From a virus (lineage: Duplodnaviria; Caudoviricetes): a DNA stretch of 51,785 bases. Where the stretch lies: positions 1 through 51,785 of the IMG/VR virus record IMGVR_UViG_3300017913_002494; one strand, 5' to 3'. Positions 28,413 to 38,530 of the stretch are shown in pieces. Numbering within the stretch: position 1 is the first letter of the stretch; every line of letters starts with the position of its first letter. A program made the position numbers and the translations under genes. The notes below the pieces were generated by a model, which ran no database searches, had not been told where the DNA came from, and was given only the letters and a program-made list of their open reading frames with translations.

Positions 28413-28797
28413 ACTTCACTCTCCGTTCTTCGGGTGTACCAAAGGCAAATCCTTGTAGATCTACTATATAAAAATCTTGTCCATCATATACAAAGTTAGG
28501 TATGCGATAATCGCCGTATCCGTATGTTGGATGTTCAAACTGTTCCTCTTCGATTCGATAAGCCAGTTCTATCCTCAGGTCGTATGGAAGATACGGACTT
28601 TCCTGTTTGATATATTCACGTCGAAGATGAATCTTGTTATCACCATAGGATAACTTATACTCAGGTATCTTTACCCGTTTCCATTTTATCGAGGGTATGA
28701 GCTTATCGAATAACTCAACCATGCCTTCATAATATTCTGTCTCATTATCATCAAACTCAAGATAACGATCGAGCATCATCTTGCTTTTCATAACCAA
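28369..28797 (-). CDS. minimal kinase-like (APH/choline kinase-type) protein
   Basis: YGDYRIPNF resembles HGDxxxxN catalytic loop; downstream IVDLQ metal-binding Asp. Confidence 0.5.
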   Translation of the reverse strand: MVMKSKMMLDRYLEFDDNETEYYEGMVELFDKLIPSIKWKRVKIPEYKLSYGDNKIHLRREYIKQESPYLPYDLRIELAYRIEEEQFEHPTYGYGDYRIPNFVYDGQDFYIVDLQGFAFGTPEERRVKFDKNFGDYLRKHRK

Positions 28798-29537
28798 TAG
28801 TCCTTAATCCATGCATGTTCATTATTATGGATATCGTTGTCAGGATTTGCAAAGTGTACGATCTTCACCAGTTCATTGATCTCATCACCCAAAATAAGAT
28901 ACCTCTCCTTGAACTCGCGAATATATCTCATATTGATCTTGCGATTGTTATCATAGTCCTTTGTATATTTACAAACCCACTGGCCTGGCATAAGTGTAAC
29001 CTTACCACCATTTTCGCGAATAGTGTCCTCGACAAAGTTTTGTTCACCAAAGTATCTAAAGTGGACTACACCTTTGTCAAAGTAATATGTCTGCCACTTC
29101 TCTATATCACTATAGAACTTATCCCAAACACATTGAAAGTCACCGGCATGAAACTTATACCAGCCACCATTGAGTGTAGTATCACGAGCGTCGGTCCACC
29201 ATTTATTATACGACACTATTTCATTTTTCTCACAGGGGTATGCAATCATTTCAGTAATGTCCTGAACAATAATCTGATCAATGTCCATGACAATGATTTC
29301 ACCCGGACCGGTAAATGCCTGATCAAAAAATCTAAGTTTCCACCAGTGAGCCTGAATCGGTAAGTCTTTTGTTAAAGGTATTTGTCTATCACATTCAACA
29401 CGCGTGTCAGAATACGCAATAAACTCGAAGTCAATCTTGCAGTTTCTTTTCAAACCTCGATATAGTTTATCTACGTAGTCCGGCGTATACTTGCCTTCAT
29501 AATATAAGACAAAGATCTTAACCATATATGTCTTCAA
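28788..29537 (-). CDS. glycosyltransferase-like (GT-A fold)
   Basis: GKYTPDYVDKL, HWWKL, VMDIDQ (DxD), GEQNF, IVHF. Confidence 0.8.
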   Translation of the reverse strand: MKTYMVKIFVLYYEGKYTPDYVDKLYRGLKRNCKIDFEFIAYSDTRVECDRQIPLTKDLPIQAHWWKLRFFDQAFTGPGEIIVMDIDQIIVQDITEMIAYPCEKNEIVSYNKWWTDARDTTLNGGWYKFHAGDFQCVWDKFYSDIEKWQTYYFDKGVVHFRYFGEQNFVEDTIRENGGKVTLMPGQWVCKYTKDYDNNRKINMRYIREFKERYLILGDEINELVKIVHFANPDNDIHNNEHAWIKDYWL

Positions 29538-30333
29538 ATCTCTTATTAATACAGTGCACCATACGAGTGTCAGAAAAATCTTGACGTGGTTCTTCTGAAT
29601 CGTATACAGTGTGCCAATCGGTCAGGTTTGTATACGGTATTCCGTTCTTTTCAATCAGGTATGAAAGAAACACCTCGTTATTTTCAAAGGCAGTAATCTC
29701 TTTCATATGCTCAAGATTCTTTTCGTAGTCAAGCTTGACGGTCTTGTCTGCAATCATAATACCGGTATTCGCAATCAGACCAGACATTGAAACAATCTCA
29801 TCTTCAAAAAGCATACGCCTCTTGAACTGTGCCTTTCTATACCTGTGATACTTGTCTCTATTACTGAATCGATTATTGAACTCACTCTTACACAGGTCAT
29901 AGTAATCCTGCCATGAGTCAACATACTTACAGTCCTTCATTACCTGTTGAGCTTCCTTGTTATACACATCGACTCCGTCTTCCATGAGGAGACCAAAGCC
30001 ACTGACGGCATCAAAGATATTTTCTGTCGAGGTAATCGCAACATCAAAGTCAAGATATAGAACCTGATCGTATACATCGAGTAGCTCTTCCATCAGAATA
30101 ATCTTACGATGATTGAGATCAATGTAGCCCGATTCAGAAGTAAGAAGCTGATAGTCTGCGCCGTGCAGAGTAGCGTAGTTACTCTTACTGTCGTTGAGTT
30201 GATTAAAATATTTTGTGTACTGAGACTTGCTGTACTCGGTTACTCTTTCGCCGAGAGGCATATCCTCATAGATACTGAATATTATTCGTTTCACAATATC
30301 TCCATATCTGTCCGAAGTTTTTGTTAATAGCAT
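29518..30333 (-). CDS. glycosyltransferase-like
   Basis: VLYLDFDV, NTGI, NNEV, VHCINK; paralog of 30266..31135. Confidence 0.75.
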   Translation of the reverse strand: MLLTKTSDRYGDIVKRIIFSIYEDMPLGERVTEYSKSQYTKYFNQLNDSKSNYATLHGADYQLLTSESGYIDLNHRKIILMEELLDVYDQVLYLDFDVAITSTENIFDAVSGFGLLMEDGVDVYNKEAQQVMKDCKYVDSWQDYYDLCKSEFNNRFSNRDKYHRYRKAQFKRRMLFEDEIVSMSGLIANTGIMIADKTVKLDYEKNLEHMKEITAFENNEVFLSYLIEKNGIPYTNLTDWHTVYDSEEPRQDFSDTRMVHCINKRFEDIYG

Positions 30334-31135
30334 GGACGAACTTTACATCTTTGAATATGTATTCGTTGTCCATAAAGAAATGCCACTGCTCATCGAGCCA
30401 CTGAATAGGTACTCCTGACGTTACAACCTTGTAGCTAAAGAGAGTTTCATTATCGTATCCAAAGATCTTTTCTACATGTGGCGGAAAGCCCGAAGAGCCT
30501 GGAACCTGAAGATCAGTCATATGCTGAATGTCCTCATCAAACTTTCCAAAGTAATCGAGCTGTTTTACGTGTTCTTTCTTTGCACCAATGATTCCAGTAT
30601 TGTATACGTCGTTCTGTGCACCCGGTCCATCTGCCATAAGCATGGCCATACTATTTAGCCATTTGGCTGTAGGAGATCGATTGCAATCTCCGACTTGATT
30701 GAATCTTTTTTTGACGTGGTCATTATTATTTGCAATGGCGATACCTTTATCGAGATCCCATACATCAAAGAAACACTCGTCCGTAGTAGGTACTACATCA
30801 AAATCGAGATATAATACTTCATCATACCTATTACTCATTTTTTCGAGTAGATGAAGCTTATAGAAGTTAATGATATGATAGTCAGTAAAGTAAGGATGAT
30901 CCTGCTTCATCTGTTCGTAGTAGTTAAGCCACTGCTGATCATATTCAAACATTTCAAACGTAGCATTACATACGTCAGCATATCTTACCTTCGTATCATA
31001 CAGCTTGTCATAGTTATCGCGTAGAGCGTACTTAGTTCTTTCTGACTTTGATATTGTGTCACCACGATAGGCGGGCTGATCGTCAAGCCTTTCCTTTGGA
31101 ATATCAATGTATAGACTATAGATTCCTCGTCTCAT
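30266..31135 (-). CDS. glycosyltransferase-like
   Basis: VLYLDFDVV, YNTGII, DNET, VHAINK. Confidence 0.78.
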   Translation of the reverse strand: MRRGIYSLYIDIPKERLDDQPAYRGDTISKSERTKYALRDNYDKLYDTKVRYADVCNATFEMFEYDQQWLNYYEQMKQDHPYFTDYHIINFYKLHLLEKMSNRYDEVLYLDFDVVPTTDECFFDVWDLDKGIAIANNNDHVKKRFNQVGDCNRSPTAKWLNSMAMLMADGPGAQNDVYNTGIIGAKKEHVKQLDYFGKFDEDIQHMTDLQVPGSSGFPPHVEKIFGYDNETLFSYKVVTSGVPIQWLDEQWHFFMDNEYIFKDVKFVHAINKNFGQIWRYCETNNIQYL

Positions 31136-31752
31136 CTTTCACCTATCACTGTAAAACGTTTAAACTTATTACACTGTACTTCACCGGCGAAATATATTTT
31201 ATTTAGACCGGCCTTGAATATGAGTTCATCGGCACTATCTACACAGTTAGTGTGTTCCGGATGATCATAGTAATCATTTGATTGTAGAGCATAAACCATG
31301 CTCGATCCACCGTCATCGAGTCTTGCTAAGTTTGGCATGTGTTCACAACTCGTATTGATAAGTATGTTGTGTTCGCCAAGAAACTTATGCCACCAGGTAT
31401 CCTTAAACATATCTTCCTGGCTGTATTCCATCTGTGTAGTATGTTGCCGAGCATAACTCTTCAATACTCGAGCAACACTCGGATCAATATCATTCAGATG
31501 CATACCATTATAGCAAAGCATAAAGTTGTTTAGAATATACGGAATAATGAGTGTACCATACCACGCACCTTGTATATGAAAGTTGTACTTTCGAACAGGA
31601 CAGTGTCTGTACATTTTTTCAATCAGATATTTTTTACTTTTTACCTGTGATTCACAATACGTTTGAGTGTATCTTTCGATCTCGCTACAAAACTCGAACT
31701 TCCGCTGTTGTTCGTACAAATATTCTACCTTTACCTCGAAGTTCAAGTCCAT
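31132..31752 (-). CDS. class I SAM-dependent methyltransferase-like
   Basis: GAWYG motif I, DID, INTSCEHM, LQSN. Confidence 0.65.
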   Translation of the reverse strand: MDLNFEVKVEYLYEQQRKFEFCSEIERYTQTYCESQVKSKKYLIEKMYRHCPVRKYNFHIQGAWYGTLIIPYILNNFMLCYNGMHLNDIDPSVARVLKSYARQHTTQMEYSQEDMFKDTWWHKFLGEHNILINTSCEHMPNLARLDDGGSSMVYALQSNDYYDHPEHTNCVDSADELIFKAGLNKIYFAGEVQCNKFKRFTVIGER

Positions 31753-32786
31753 TATATCATTCTATTCTGGTGATTGCTTCCGCACTTCCTGTTGCATGTT
31801 TCGATACATCTTCCAACAAACTGTTCCTGAAGATTTCCATATTGAGATATATATGATTCGATTATAGTGTCAAAATCATACTGTCGCATGTCGTGTTTAA
31901 TATCACGATCAAACATCCAGTTACCGAAGTCATAGTTATTCCGTGGATCATACTTTTCGTGAATAAGCTGTGTACCGGTCCAACAGCATGGTGTAACTAG
32001 TCCGTCGGCGGAGATATAAACCTCACGTTTATCGACTGACATACACTCGATATCCTTTTCAATCAAGCCTTCCTTTACGGTGTCTGCCTGATACTCAGGG
32101 TTTGATGGTAGAGTTAGCTTGTCTCGTTTTATCTCGTCAGATTGTTTCTTACGATACATCTGAGTCTTTGGCGTCATAGGCTTGTCAGGATCATACAATC
32201 GAGTGGTGGCTCTTACCTGAAATGTATCGAATCCCATATCCTTCGACAATTGCCGGCACTCTTCGATCTGATGCTCGTTGTGTGCAAAAGCTAGCATAAT
32301 CCAATAGGCCTTACCTCCGGCTTCAATAAAAGCTCGAGCGTTTTCTATGATCTTATCGAACGAAGTGTTCTTACGGTATATATGATTGGTGTCTGCCAGG
32401 CCATCGATCGAGAAGTTGACCGTTACACTTTTTAGCTTTGCTATTTCCTTCCAATAGTCCGGAGTACGCAGAGATCCATTTGTATCGATACTCTGATGTT
32501 GTATACCATACTCATCACATAGTTGAAATACATCGAGAGCTTGGGGATGCATCATAGGATCGCCAAAGTTACCACAGTGGATAATCTTTCGAATAGTCGC
32601 GCCATACCTACTCGTAAGAATCTCATCAAACCATTGTACAGGCATATCATGAAATCCCCACTCATGCATAGCCTTTGATAAACCTTTGGGGAAAGCACCG
32701 GTACGTGGACACTGAGGACATGCAGCGTTACATCGATTTGTCAACTCGACATGAATCGAATCGAGATTGTTATACATCATTGCCAT
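31752..32786 (-). CDS. radical SAM enzyme with C-terminal SPASM/Twitch domain
   Basis: CNAACPQC, GNFGDP, TNGS, FSIDG; C..G..TPCC..C...C. Confidence 0.92.
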   Translation of the reverse strand: MAMMYNNLDSIHVELTNRCNAACPQCPRTGAFPKGLSKAMHEWGFHDMPVQWFDEILTSRYGATIRKIIHCGNFGDPMMHPQALDVFQLCDEYGIQHQSIDTNGSLRTPDYWKEIAKLKSVTVNFSIDGLADTNHIYRKNTSFDKIIENARAFIEAGGKAYWIMLAFAHNEHQIEECRQLSKDMGFDTFQVRATTRLYDPDKPMTPKTQMYRKKQSDEIKRDKLTLPSNPEYQADTVKEGLIEKDIECMSVDKREVYISADGLVTPCCWTGTQLIHEKYDPRNNYDFGNWMFDRDIKHDMRQYDFDTIIESYISQYGNLQEQFVGRCIETCNRKCGSNHQNRMI

Positions 32787-33487
32787 AGTCTTTTTACTCT
32801 TTCATCTTCAACCGTATGATTCTTTCCTCCCTGATTAAAGATCAATAAGGCACCCTTTGTCTCATCAAATCCAGTATGATGATATGACTGTACCCATTTC
32901 TTATCAATGTAGGATAGGTTAAACTCCTCGAACTCGTGATAGAAGAATACCTTGTCAATACCTTTATAAGTATCTAGTAACTTCTGGCAGTTTTGATCAA
33001 AGTAATCATATACTCGTTTAACTTCTTGAGTTGGATTCCAGATCATAACAGATGAGTTAAGATCACAAGATACATTCCTGTTATAGCCTTTGAAATCTCT
33101 AACTGGATCTACCCAGTAAGCTTCAGCTATAGTAAGGTTACTAGTAACCTCCATTACCATATCAGTAATGTTATTATATAATACCACATCGAGATCAAAA
33201 AGTACACTAGTTTTTTCAGGTATTCTTTCATCTGAAAGCAAAGTGATCTTGTTCCACCATTTTGGCCACCTTGTATCTTTTATAGATAAACAGGTAATGT
33301 CACTAATGATGCCACTTGGATCATCGGTCAGGCAATACATTTGAAAAGGAATATGTAGGTGTCGGCTTACCATCGAGTGTAGTTTGTTAACATACTCTGC
33401 ATTGTAAGCTGTACCCCATTTGACACAGAGTACATTTATATGATCACTGGTATTTCTCACGGTTTTCACGATGCTGCCATAACTCAA
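32777..33487 (-). CDS. glycosyltransferase-like (start uncertain; GTG at 33460 possible)
   Basis: NVLCVKWG..Y..EYVNKL, CLTDD, WWNKI, LFDLDV, NSSVM. Confidence 0.82.
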   Translation of the reverse strand: MSYGSIVKTVRNTSDHINVLCVKWGTAYNAEYVNKLHSMVSRHLHIPFQMYCLTDDPSGIISDITCLSIKDTRWPKWWNKITLLSDERIPEKTSVLFDLDVVLYNNITDMVMEVTSNLTIAEAYWVDPVRDFKGYNRNVSCDLNSSVMIWNPTQEVKRVYDYFDQNCQKLLDTYKGIDKVFFYHEFEEFNLSYIDKKWVQSYHHTGFDETKGALLIFNQGGKNHTVEDERVKRLWQ

Positions 33488-34744
33488 ATTGATTTAGATG
33501 GTAATATTATATATGCATCGCATTCGGAAAGATTGACAAGAAAGAAGAACGATAAGAACCTTGCTCCGCAGTTTGAGCTTAAAGGTAAGACCGTCTTCTA
33601 TGAACGTCCATTTCTCAAGAATCTACGTAGGCTCTATGCAGGACAATCCTGGAGTAAGAGGCCAAAGTACGATGAGTACATTCCTCATCACTGGTCGCAT
33701 GCAGCCGGATCGTACTACACTCGCCCCTGGCCAGAAGAACCAGTCTGTGTAGTCATTGATGCAATCGGTGAATGGGATACTGCATCCATCTGGTATAATA
33801 AGAAAAAAGTCTGGTCAATGAGATACCCAAAATCTCTTGGGCTGTTCTATTCTGCTATGACTCAGGCCTGTGGTTTGAAACCGAATGAAGATGAATACAT
33901 CACAATGGGCATGGCTGCTTATGGAGATCCAATATACGATATTGACGTGTTTGAAGACTGGCATCGTGGTCATAAGATGGAAGGCAAACCAGAAGACATT
34001 GCTGCCAGCGCGCAAAAACTTATCACAGACGAAATACAAAAGATTATGCGGCGAGCTCGTAGATACTCGCCATACCTGTGTTATGGTGGAGGTGTAGCTC
34101 TTAACTGTGTTACCAACTCGGCAATATATAATATGTTCGAAAAGATTTGGATTATGCCTAATCCTGGCGATGCCGGTGGATCTCTTGGTGCTGCAGCTGC
34201 GTATTTAGACAAACCTCTAAAATGGAAAGGACCGTATCTTGGAACTAATATCAAAACTGAACTCAACCCTCGTAAAGTTGCTCGACATATTTTTGACAAT
34301 CGTGTGTGTGGGGTGGCTCATGGTCCTGCTGAGTTTGGCCCTCGGGCCCTTGGTAATCGTAGCTTGCTTGGTGATCCTCGGAGAGACATTAAGGACACTG
34401 TTAACGACATTAAGAAAAGGCAAAGATTCAGACCGTTCGCACCAGCAATCCTAGAAGAATGGGCTCATGCTTATTTTAAGGGACCGATGAATGAGTATAT
34501 GCAGTATGTAGCTCAAGCTCAACATGACTTTAGTGCAGTAACACATGTTGATGGAACTGCAAGAGTGCAGATTGTAAAGAAGGATTGTTCATCCGTATTA
34601 CGCCAGATTCTAGAAGAATGGTATGAACTTACTCGATGTCCAATGCTTCTTAACACGAGCCTAAATATTAAAGGGCAGCCAATGGTAGATTCCGTGCAGG
34701 ATGCTCTTGACTTTGAAAAGGAATATGATGTTAAAGTCTTTTAA
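33440..34744 (+). CDS. carbamoyltransferase (NodU/CmcH/TobZ family)
   Basis: HDAA, HHWSHAA, GGVALNC, GDAG, EFGPRALGNRS, FRPFAP, HVDGTARVQ, LLNTSLN. Confidence 0.95.
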   Translation: MITGISHGFHDAAITQIDLDGNIIYASHSERLTRKKNDKNLAPQFELKGKTVFYERPFLKNLRRLYAGQSWSKRPKYDEYIPHHWSHAAGSYYTRPWPEEPVCVVIDAIGEWDTASIWYNKKKVWSMRYPKSLGLFYSAMTQACGLKPNEDEYITMGMAAYGDPIYDIDVFEDWHRGHKMEGKPEDIAASAQKLITDEIQKIMRRARRYSPYLCYGGGVALNCVTNSAIYNMFEKIWIMPNPGDAGGSLGAAAAYLDKPLKWKGPYLGTNIKTELNPRKVARHIFDNRVCGVAHGPAEFGPRALGNRSLLGDPRRDIKDTVNDIKKRQRFRPFAPAILEEWAHAYFKGPMNEYMQYVAQAQHDFSAVTHVDGTARVQIVKKDCSSVLRQILEEWYELTRCPMLLNTSLNIKGQPMVDSVQDALDFEKEYDVKVF

Positions 34745-35588
34745 GAAACCAACTATGCTGGCGGCGGGTTGTTCATTTACGGATGCAGCCTTTACTTCGA
34801 TTTTTCATCCTGACTGGGATTTTAGTTATGACAAATGGCCGGGACATGTTGCGCGTAGTCTTAAACTAAAACATGAGAATATTGGACTGTGCGGACTTGG
34901 AAACCCTGAGATTGCAAATAGAATAATGGATTACCTTTATGAGAATCCACAGATTGAATATCTGTTTGTTCTCTGGTCAGGATACGATAGATTCGCCAGT
35001 GGTAACTATCATCACTGTCCTCAAGCTATTCTTACTCAGAAGTATGAAGAAGAAAATAGTGGTGGAGAAAGAAATCGTGGTAAACTGAGGTGGGAAGCTC
35101 AAAGAGAACTAGCTGATAAAGACTGGTCTCACCGAGATACAGTGTTCAGGCTTGAAAATCTAATACCTTTCTATAAGTACTATATGGACGCCTGGTGGGA
35201 TTATGAAAAGATTGTGACAGAAACTCATAGAGCATTTTATATGGTTCAAAAGGAATGCGAAAGAAGAAACATTAAGTACATGTTCATGCAAGGGCCTACG
35301 CCGATTGCTGCCTATTCGATTAAGGAAATGGCAAACGGTGGATACTTAAAAGGCAGGCATTGGAAGTGGCATAACATATCAAAGATGTCAGAAAGCAAAT
35401 ACGCTAATGAGCTCGAGGACACGTGTAACTTTGTAGGCTGGCCAGGATTTGATCTGCTTGGAGGATACGCTGCTTCGACCGATCCTCGTTTTGAAAAGGT
35501 GTCAGACGTCGATGGTCATCCAAGTGAAAATGGCCACAAACTAATAGCAGAAGTGTTTATGGAAGAATATGAAAAAGCTTATTCGTAA
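34725..35588 (+). CDS. SGNH/GDSL-like hydrolase or acyltransferase
   Basis: GCSFT block I, G.GN, WS...R, DGHP...GH. Confidence 0.7.
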   Translation: MMLKSFKKPTMLAAGCSFTDAAFTSIFHPDWDFSYDKWPGHVARSLKLKHENIGLCGLGNPEIANRIMDYLYENPQIEYLFVLWSGYDRFASGNYHHCPQAILTQKYEEENSGGERNRGKLRWEAQRELADKDWSHRDTVFRLENLIPFYKYYMDAWWDYEKIVTETHRAFYMVQKECERRNIKYMFMQGPTPIAAYSIKEMANGGYLKGRHWKWHNISKMSESKYANELEDTCNFVGWPGFDLLGGYAASTDPRFEKVSDVDGHPSENGHKLIAEVFMEEYEKAYS

Positions 35589-35667
35589 AATAGTACGTAG
35601 AATCAAGTTCATCTTCTTTTCAAGGAAAAGAACGAAGGACGACACTTTTATCTACGAGGACCAATAG
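35569..35667 (+). CDS. 32-aa basic peptide ending DDTFIYEDQ (missed by ORF track)
   Basis: manual translation MKKLIRKIVRRIKFIFFSRKRTKDDTFIYEDQ; GGAAG upstream; carbamoyltransferase context. Confidence 0.6.
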   Translation: MKKLIRKIVRRIKFIFFSRKRTKDDTFIYEDQ

Positions 35668-36335
35668 TCCTTCACCCAGTTATCACAGGTATGTACTGGT
35701 GGTGAATCACCGTTGAATATGCAGGCCGTAAATCCTGGCCTGTGTTTTCCACGCGTCTTGTCGTATCTTGCGCCTTGAGAATATGAGTACACCGTAAACT
35801 CGTTAAAGTAATCCCAATCATATCCTCCATAGAACTGGTGATAGTTGTCAGTGGCATCACATTGTTGTAACCAGTAATCTTCGTCCTTCATAAACTCGTT
35901 ATAGTAATCAACCATAGAGTTTTGTTTCCAATACATCATGGAACTATTGAGCATAGTTCTTTCTTCATGGCGCCTTTCGGAAAACCACTTGTCTGATCTC
36001 CAGTATTTGTAGATGATTGTAGGTTTCTGATAATACAACTCGATCTCATCCATGATAATCATGTCAAGATCAAGCGATAAGAAGTGGCCGTCTACTCCAA
36101 GGAAGTCTTCCTGAAAGTAGTGCATCTTTGCGGCTTCAAACATGCGAACACCAGAGTTCCATGACTTACCGATTGGATCTCGTAGTTCAACACCTTTGAT
36201 TGGTGCGGTGTTGTCGGATATACAGAAGAAACGAAAATCATAACTGAGTTTATCGTAGCAACCTTTGTAAAGATTTTCTACGTATTCGTCAGAATATTCG
36301 TCACCCCATTTCACGCAGATAATATTCAGGGTCAT
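35652..36335 (-). CDS. glycosyltransferase-like
   Basis: NIICVKWG..Y..EYVENL, SLDLDM, NSSMM, IFNG. Confidence 0.82.
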   Translation of the reverse strand: MTLNIICVKWGDEYSDEYVENLYKGCYDKLSYDFRFFCISDNTAPIKGVELRDPIGKSWNSGVRMFEAAKMHYFQEDFLGVDGHFLSLDLDMIIMDEIELYYQKPTIIYKYWRSDKWFSERRHEERTMLNSSMMYWKQNSMVDYYNEFMKDEDYWLQQCDATDNYHQFYGGYDWDYFNEFTVYSYSQGARYDKTRGKHRPGFTACIFNGDSPPVHTCDNWVKDYWSS

Positions 36336-37590
36336 TATAAAAGTCCAGTTCAGCCGATTCAATATCGTCCTTTAACTCAGGGAAGAGTTCGGTTACATTT
36401 GTACCACGAAACTCATTGAGTGTCTTAATGTATTTCATTCCAAGTCTATATAGATTTTCATCTCTTGGTTGTTTGAGTGTTTCAATCAATCCAGCAAACT
36501 CATTGCTATATGGATGAGCTCTAAACTCGCGAATCAACTTATCCTTTATCTTGTCTGGTAGGTGGCATGGATTTAACATTCTCGGTGTAGTCACAAGATT
36601 TTCATCCATTATAGGCTTAAGGCCTTTTTCAAACATGAAGTACTCAAACATTTCGATTGCGTATAGAATCGATAGGTTAGAAGCAGTAAATGCAATCTCA
36701 AACTTGCCGCCATGCTCAATCATTATGTCAAGATTTTCTAAGAACTCTTTCCAATCCAGACCATATCGAATCCAAGAACCTCTTTCTTCGATTCCATCAA
36801 GAGAAATCACAAACTTAGATCCATGAAACTGATCAACATAATGCAGGAAGTTACGATTACCGTGTTGTAACTTTGTCAGGTTTGTAACATATAGTAGATC
36901 GATGTTCTTTGACTCACCACTCTCGATCAACTTATCCAGTAGATCATAGTGGCTTTTCATCATGAGTGGCTCACCGCCAATGATTTCGAGAGAATGAATA
37001 TGTTGTGCAATCGACTCGATTTCTTTGATCACCTCATCATATTTAAGTGTTGTTTCAAATGACTGATCCACACGATACTGCTGATCCCACTTGCCTAAGA
37101 AATCATATTCATATTTCTTAGTCATCTTCATTAGTTCAGTTTGTCTTGATGAAGAGTTTTTTGGATGACACATAAAGCACTTGAGATTACAATAGTTACC
37201 GAAGATTTTTACTTTCAATCGTAAGAATCTGCCTTCAAACTCAAGCTTGCCAGTTTCCATATACTTGTCAACCATAGGCTGAAGTGCTGGAACATTGTGA
37301 TGCCTGTTCTTCATTTGCCTGTATGATATAGTGTTACGATCTTCGTACTCCTTACACTTTACACAGATAGGCGGAACCTCACCGGCAAGTGTCATCTTCC
37401 GATATCTATCCATGTCTTCGGAGAAAAAGTAATCGAGAGGTGTAGTATCGTATACAGTTTTCTCTTCATCGACACCGGCCTTAGCGTAACAGCACGGCCG
37501 CCATACGCCTTCGGCATCTGAATACATCATGTTAAAGAGAACGCTACAGAACCATCCGTACTTCGGATCGTCAGTAAGAGTATTGCTCAT
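36301..37590 (-). CDS. radical SAM enzyme with N-terminal Cys-rich (SPASM/Twitch-like) module
   Basis: C...PCC...C..C N-terminus; CNLKCFMC; GGEP; SLDG. Confidence 0.9.
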   Translation of the reverse strand: MSNTLTDDPKYGWFCSVLFNMMYSDAEGVWRPCCYAKAGVDEEKTVYDTTPLDYFFSEDMDRYRKMTLAGEVPPICVKCKEYEDRNTISYRQMKNRHHNVPALQPMVDKYMETGKLEFEGRFLRLKVKIFGNYCNLKCFMCHPKNSSSRQTELMKMTKKYEYDFLGKWDQQYRVDQSFETTLKYDEVIKEIESIAQHIHSLEIIGGEPLMMKSHYDLLDKLIESGESKNIDLLYVTNLTKLQHGNRNFLHYVDQFHGSKFVISLDGIEERGSWIRYGLDWKEFLENLDIMIEHGGKFEIAFTASNLSILYAIEMFEYFMFEKGLKPIMDENLVTTPRMLNPCHLPDKIKDKLIREFRAHPYSNEFAGLIETLKQPRDENLYRLGMKYIKTLNEFRGTNVTELFPELKDDIESAELDFYNDPEYYLREMG

Positions 37591-38530
37591 AAGTAAAGTC
37601 CATGTCTATAATATCACCATCCATCAACATATCAATAGGATGCTTCTTGTTAAAATATTTATTAGGGCTCCAGGATTCGGTTTCCTCGTCGTAGTCGAAC
37701 CAAGGTGAAACTGCGTACACCAAGTTGATTCTTTCTACATCCTCGACTCTTTCTGCAAAGTATGCATGAGGTTGAGCGGTGTCCCATATGTATGTCTTAC
37801 CCGGCTCATAGTAAAGCTTCAATCCATCATCACCATTGAGCTGAAGGTAATGATTTTCCGGTCCGGCCGTAACACTAATATTCAATCTCATTTCTGTAAA
37901 CCAAGGGCCATCTCTATGCCAGGCTCTATCCTTCATATATTGTGTTAGCTCTGTACGAGCCGAGTTGAAGGAGGCTAGGCGAGATCTGACCAGAGATCTC
38001 TTAATCTTTTTTGTAATCTCACCAATATAACCATGCATAGCTGCTTCGGTCGGATAGTTGAACCCCATTGTATCCTGATAGGTATTCTTTATCTGTGGCA
38101 GGATGTCATTGAAATACGTTTTGTCGGTACGCTCATCCATCATCTTACGCCAGGTTTTCATGTCGCTGAACTTATCCTTTGGCATATTGATTCTTGGAAA
38201 GCCCAGTGTTTGAGCATGAGGATCCGGAACTACGTCAGGATACGCGTAGTTCTTATTATATGTTAGGCTAAGTCCTCCATAGACATCTTGTCTTTCAAAA
38301 GTATTTTTGAAGATATCGACAAACCCGTACCAGCCATACTTATCGTAAGCTTCTTGTGTAGCAGTCTGTAGTTTGTCGAGAGCAATATCCTTGAAGTCGA
38401 CTACAAAGATCTGCCCTTCATATTTGTCGGTCATATCCAGGTCAGTCTTGTGCCGCAGGTAGTTATCTACGGTTTGATTGTCTGGTACGTCTTTAACGTA
38501 GTAAATGTTCGAGTTCATCGAATAACTCAT
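37571..38530 (-). CDS. HxD..H cupin/2OG-Fe(II) oxygenase-like protein
   Basis: WHRD..MRLNI..WDT..PH..RINLV. Confidence 0.65.
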   Translation of the reverse strand: MSYSMNSNIYYVKDVPDNQTVDNYLRHKTDLDMTDKYEGQIFVVDFKDIALDKLQTATQEAYDKYGWYGFVDIFKNTFERQDVYGGLSLTYNKNYAYPDVVPDPHAQTLGFPRINMPKDKFSDMKTWRKMMDERTDKTYFNDILPQIKNTYQDTMGFNYPTEAAMHGYIGEITKKIKRSLVRSRLASFNSARTELTQYMKDRAWHRDGPWFTEMRLNISVTAGPENHYLQLNGDDGLKLYYEPGKTYIWDTAQPHAYFAERVEDVERINLVYAVSPWFDYDEETESWSPNKYFNKKHPIDMLMDGDIIDMDFTYEQYSY

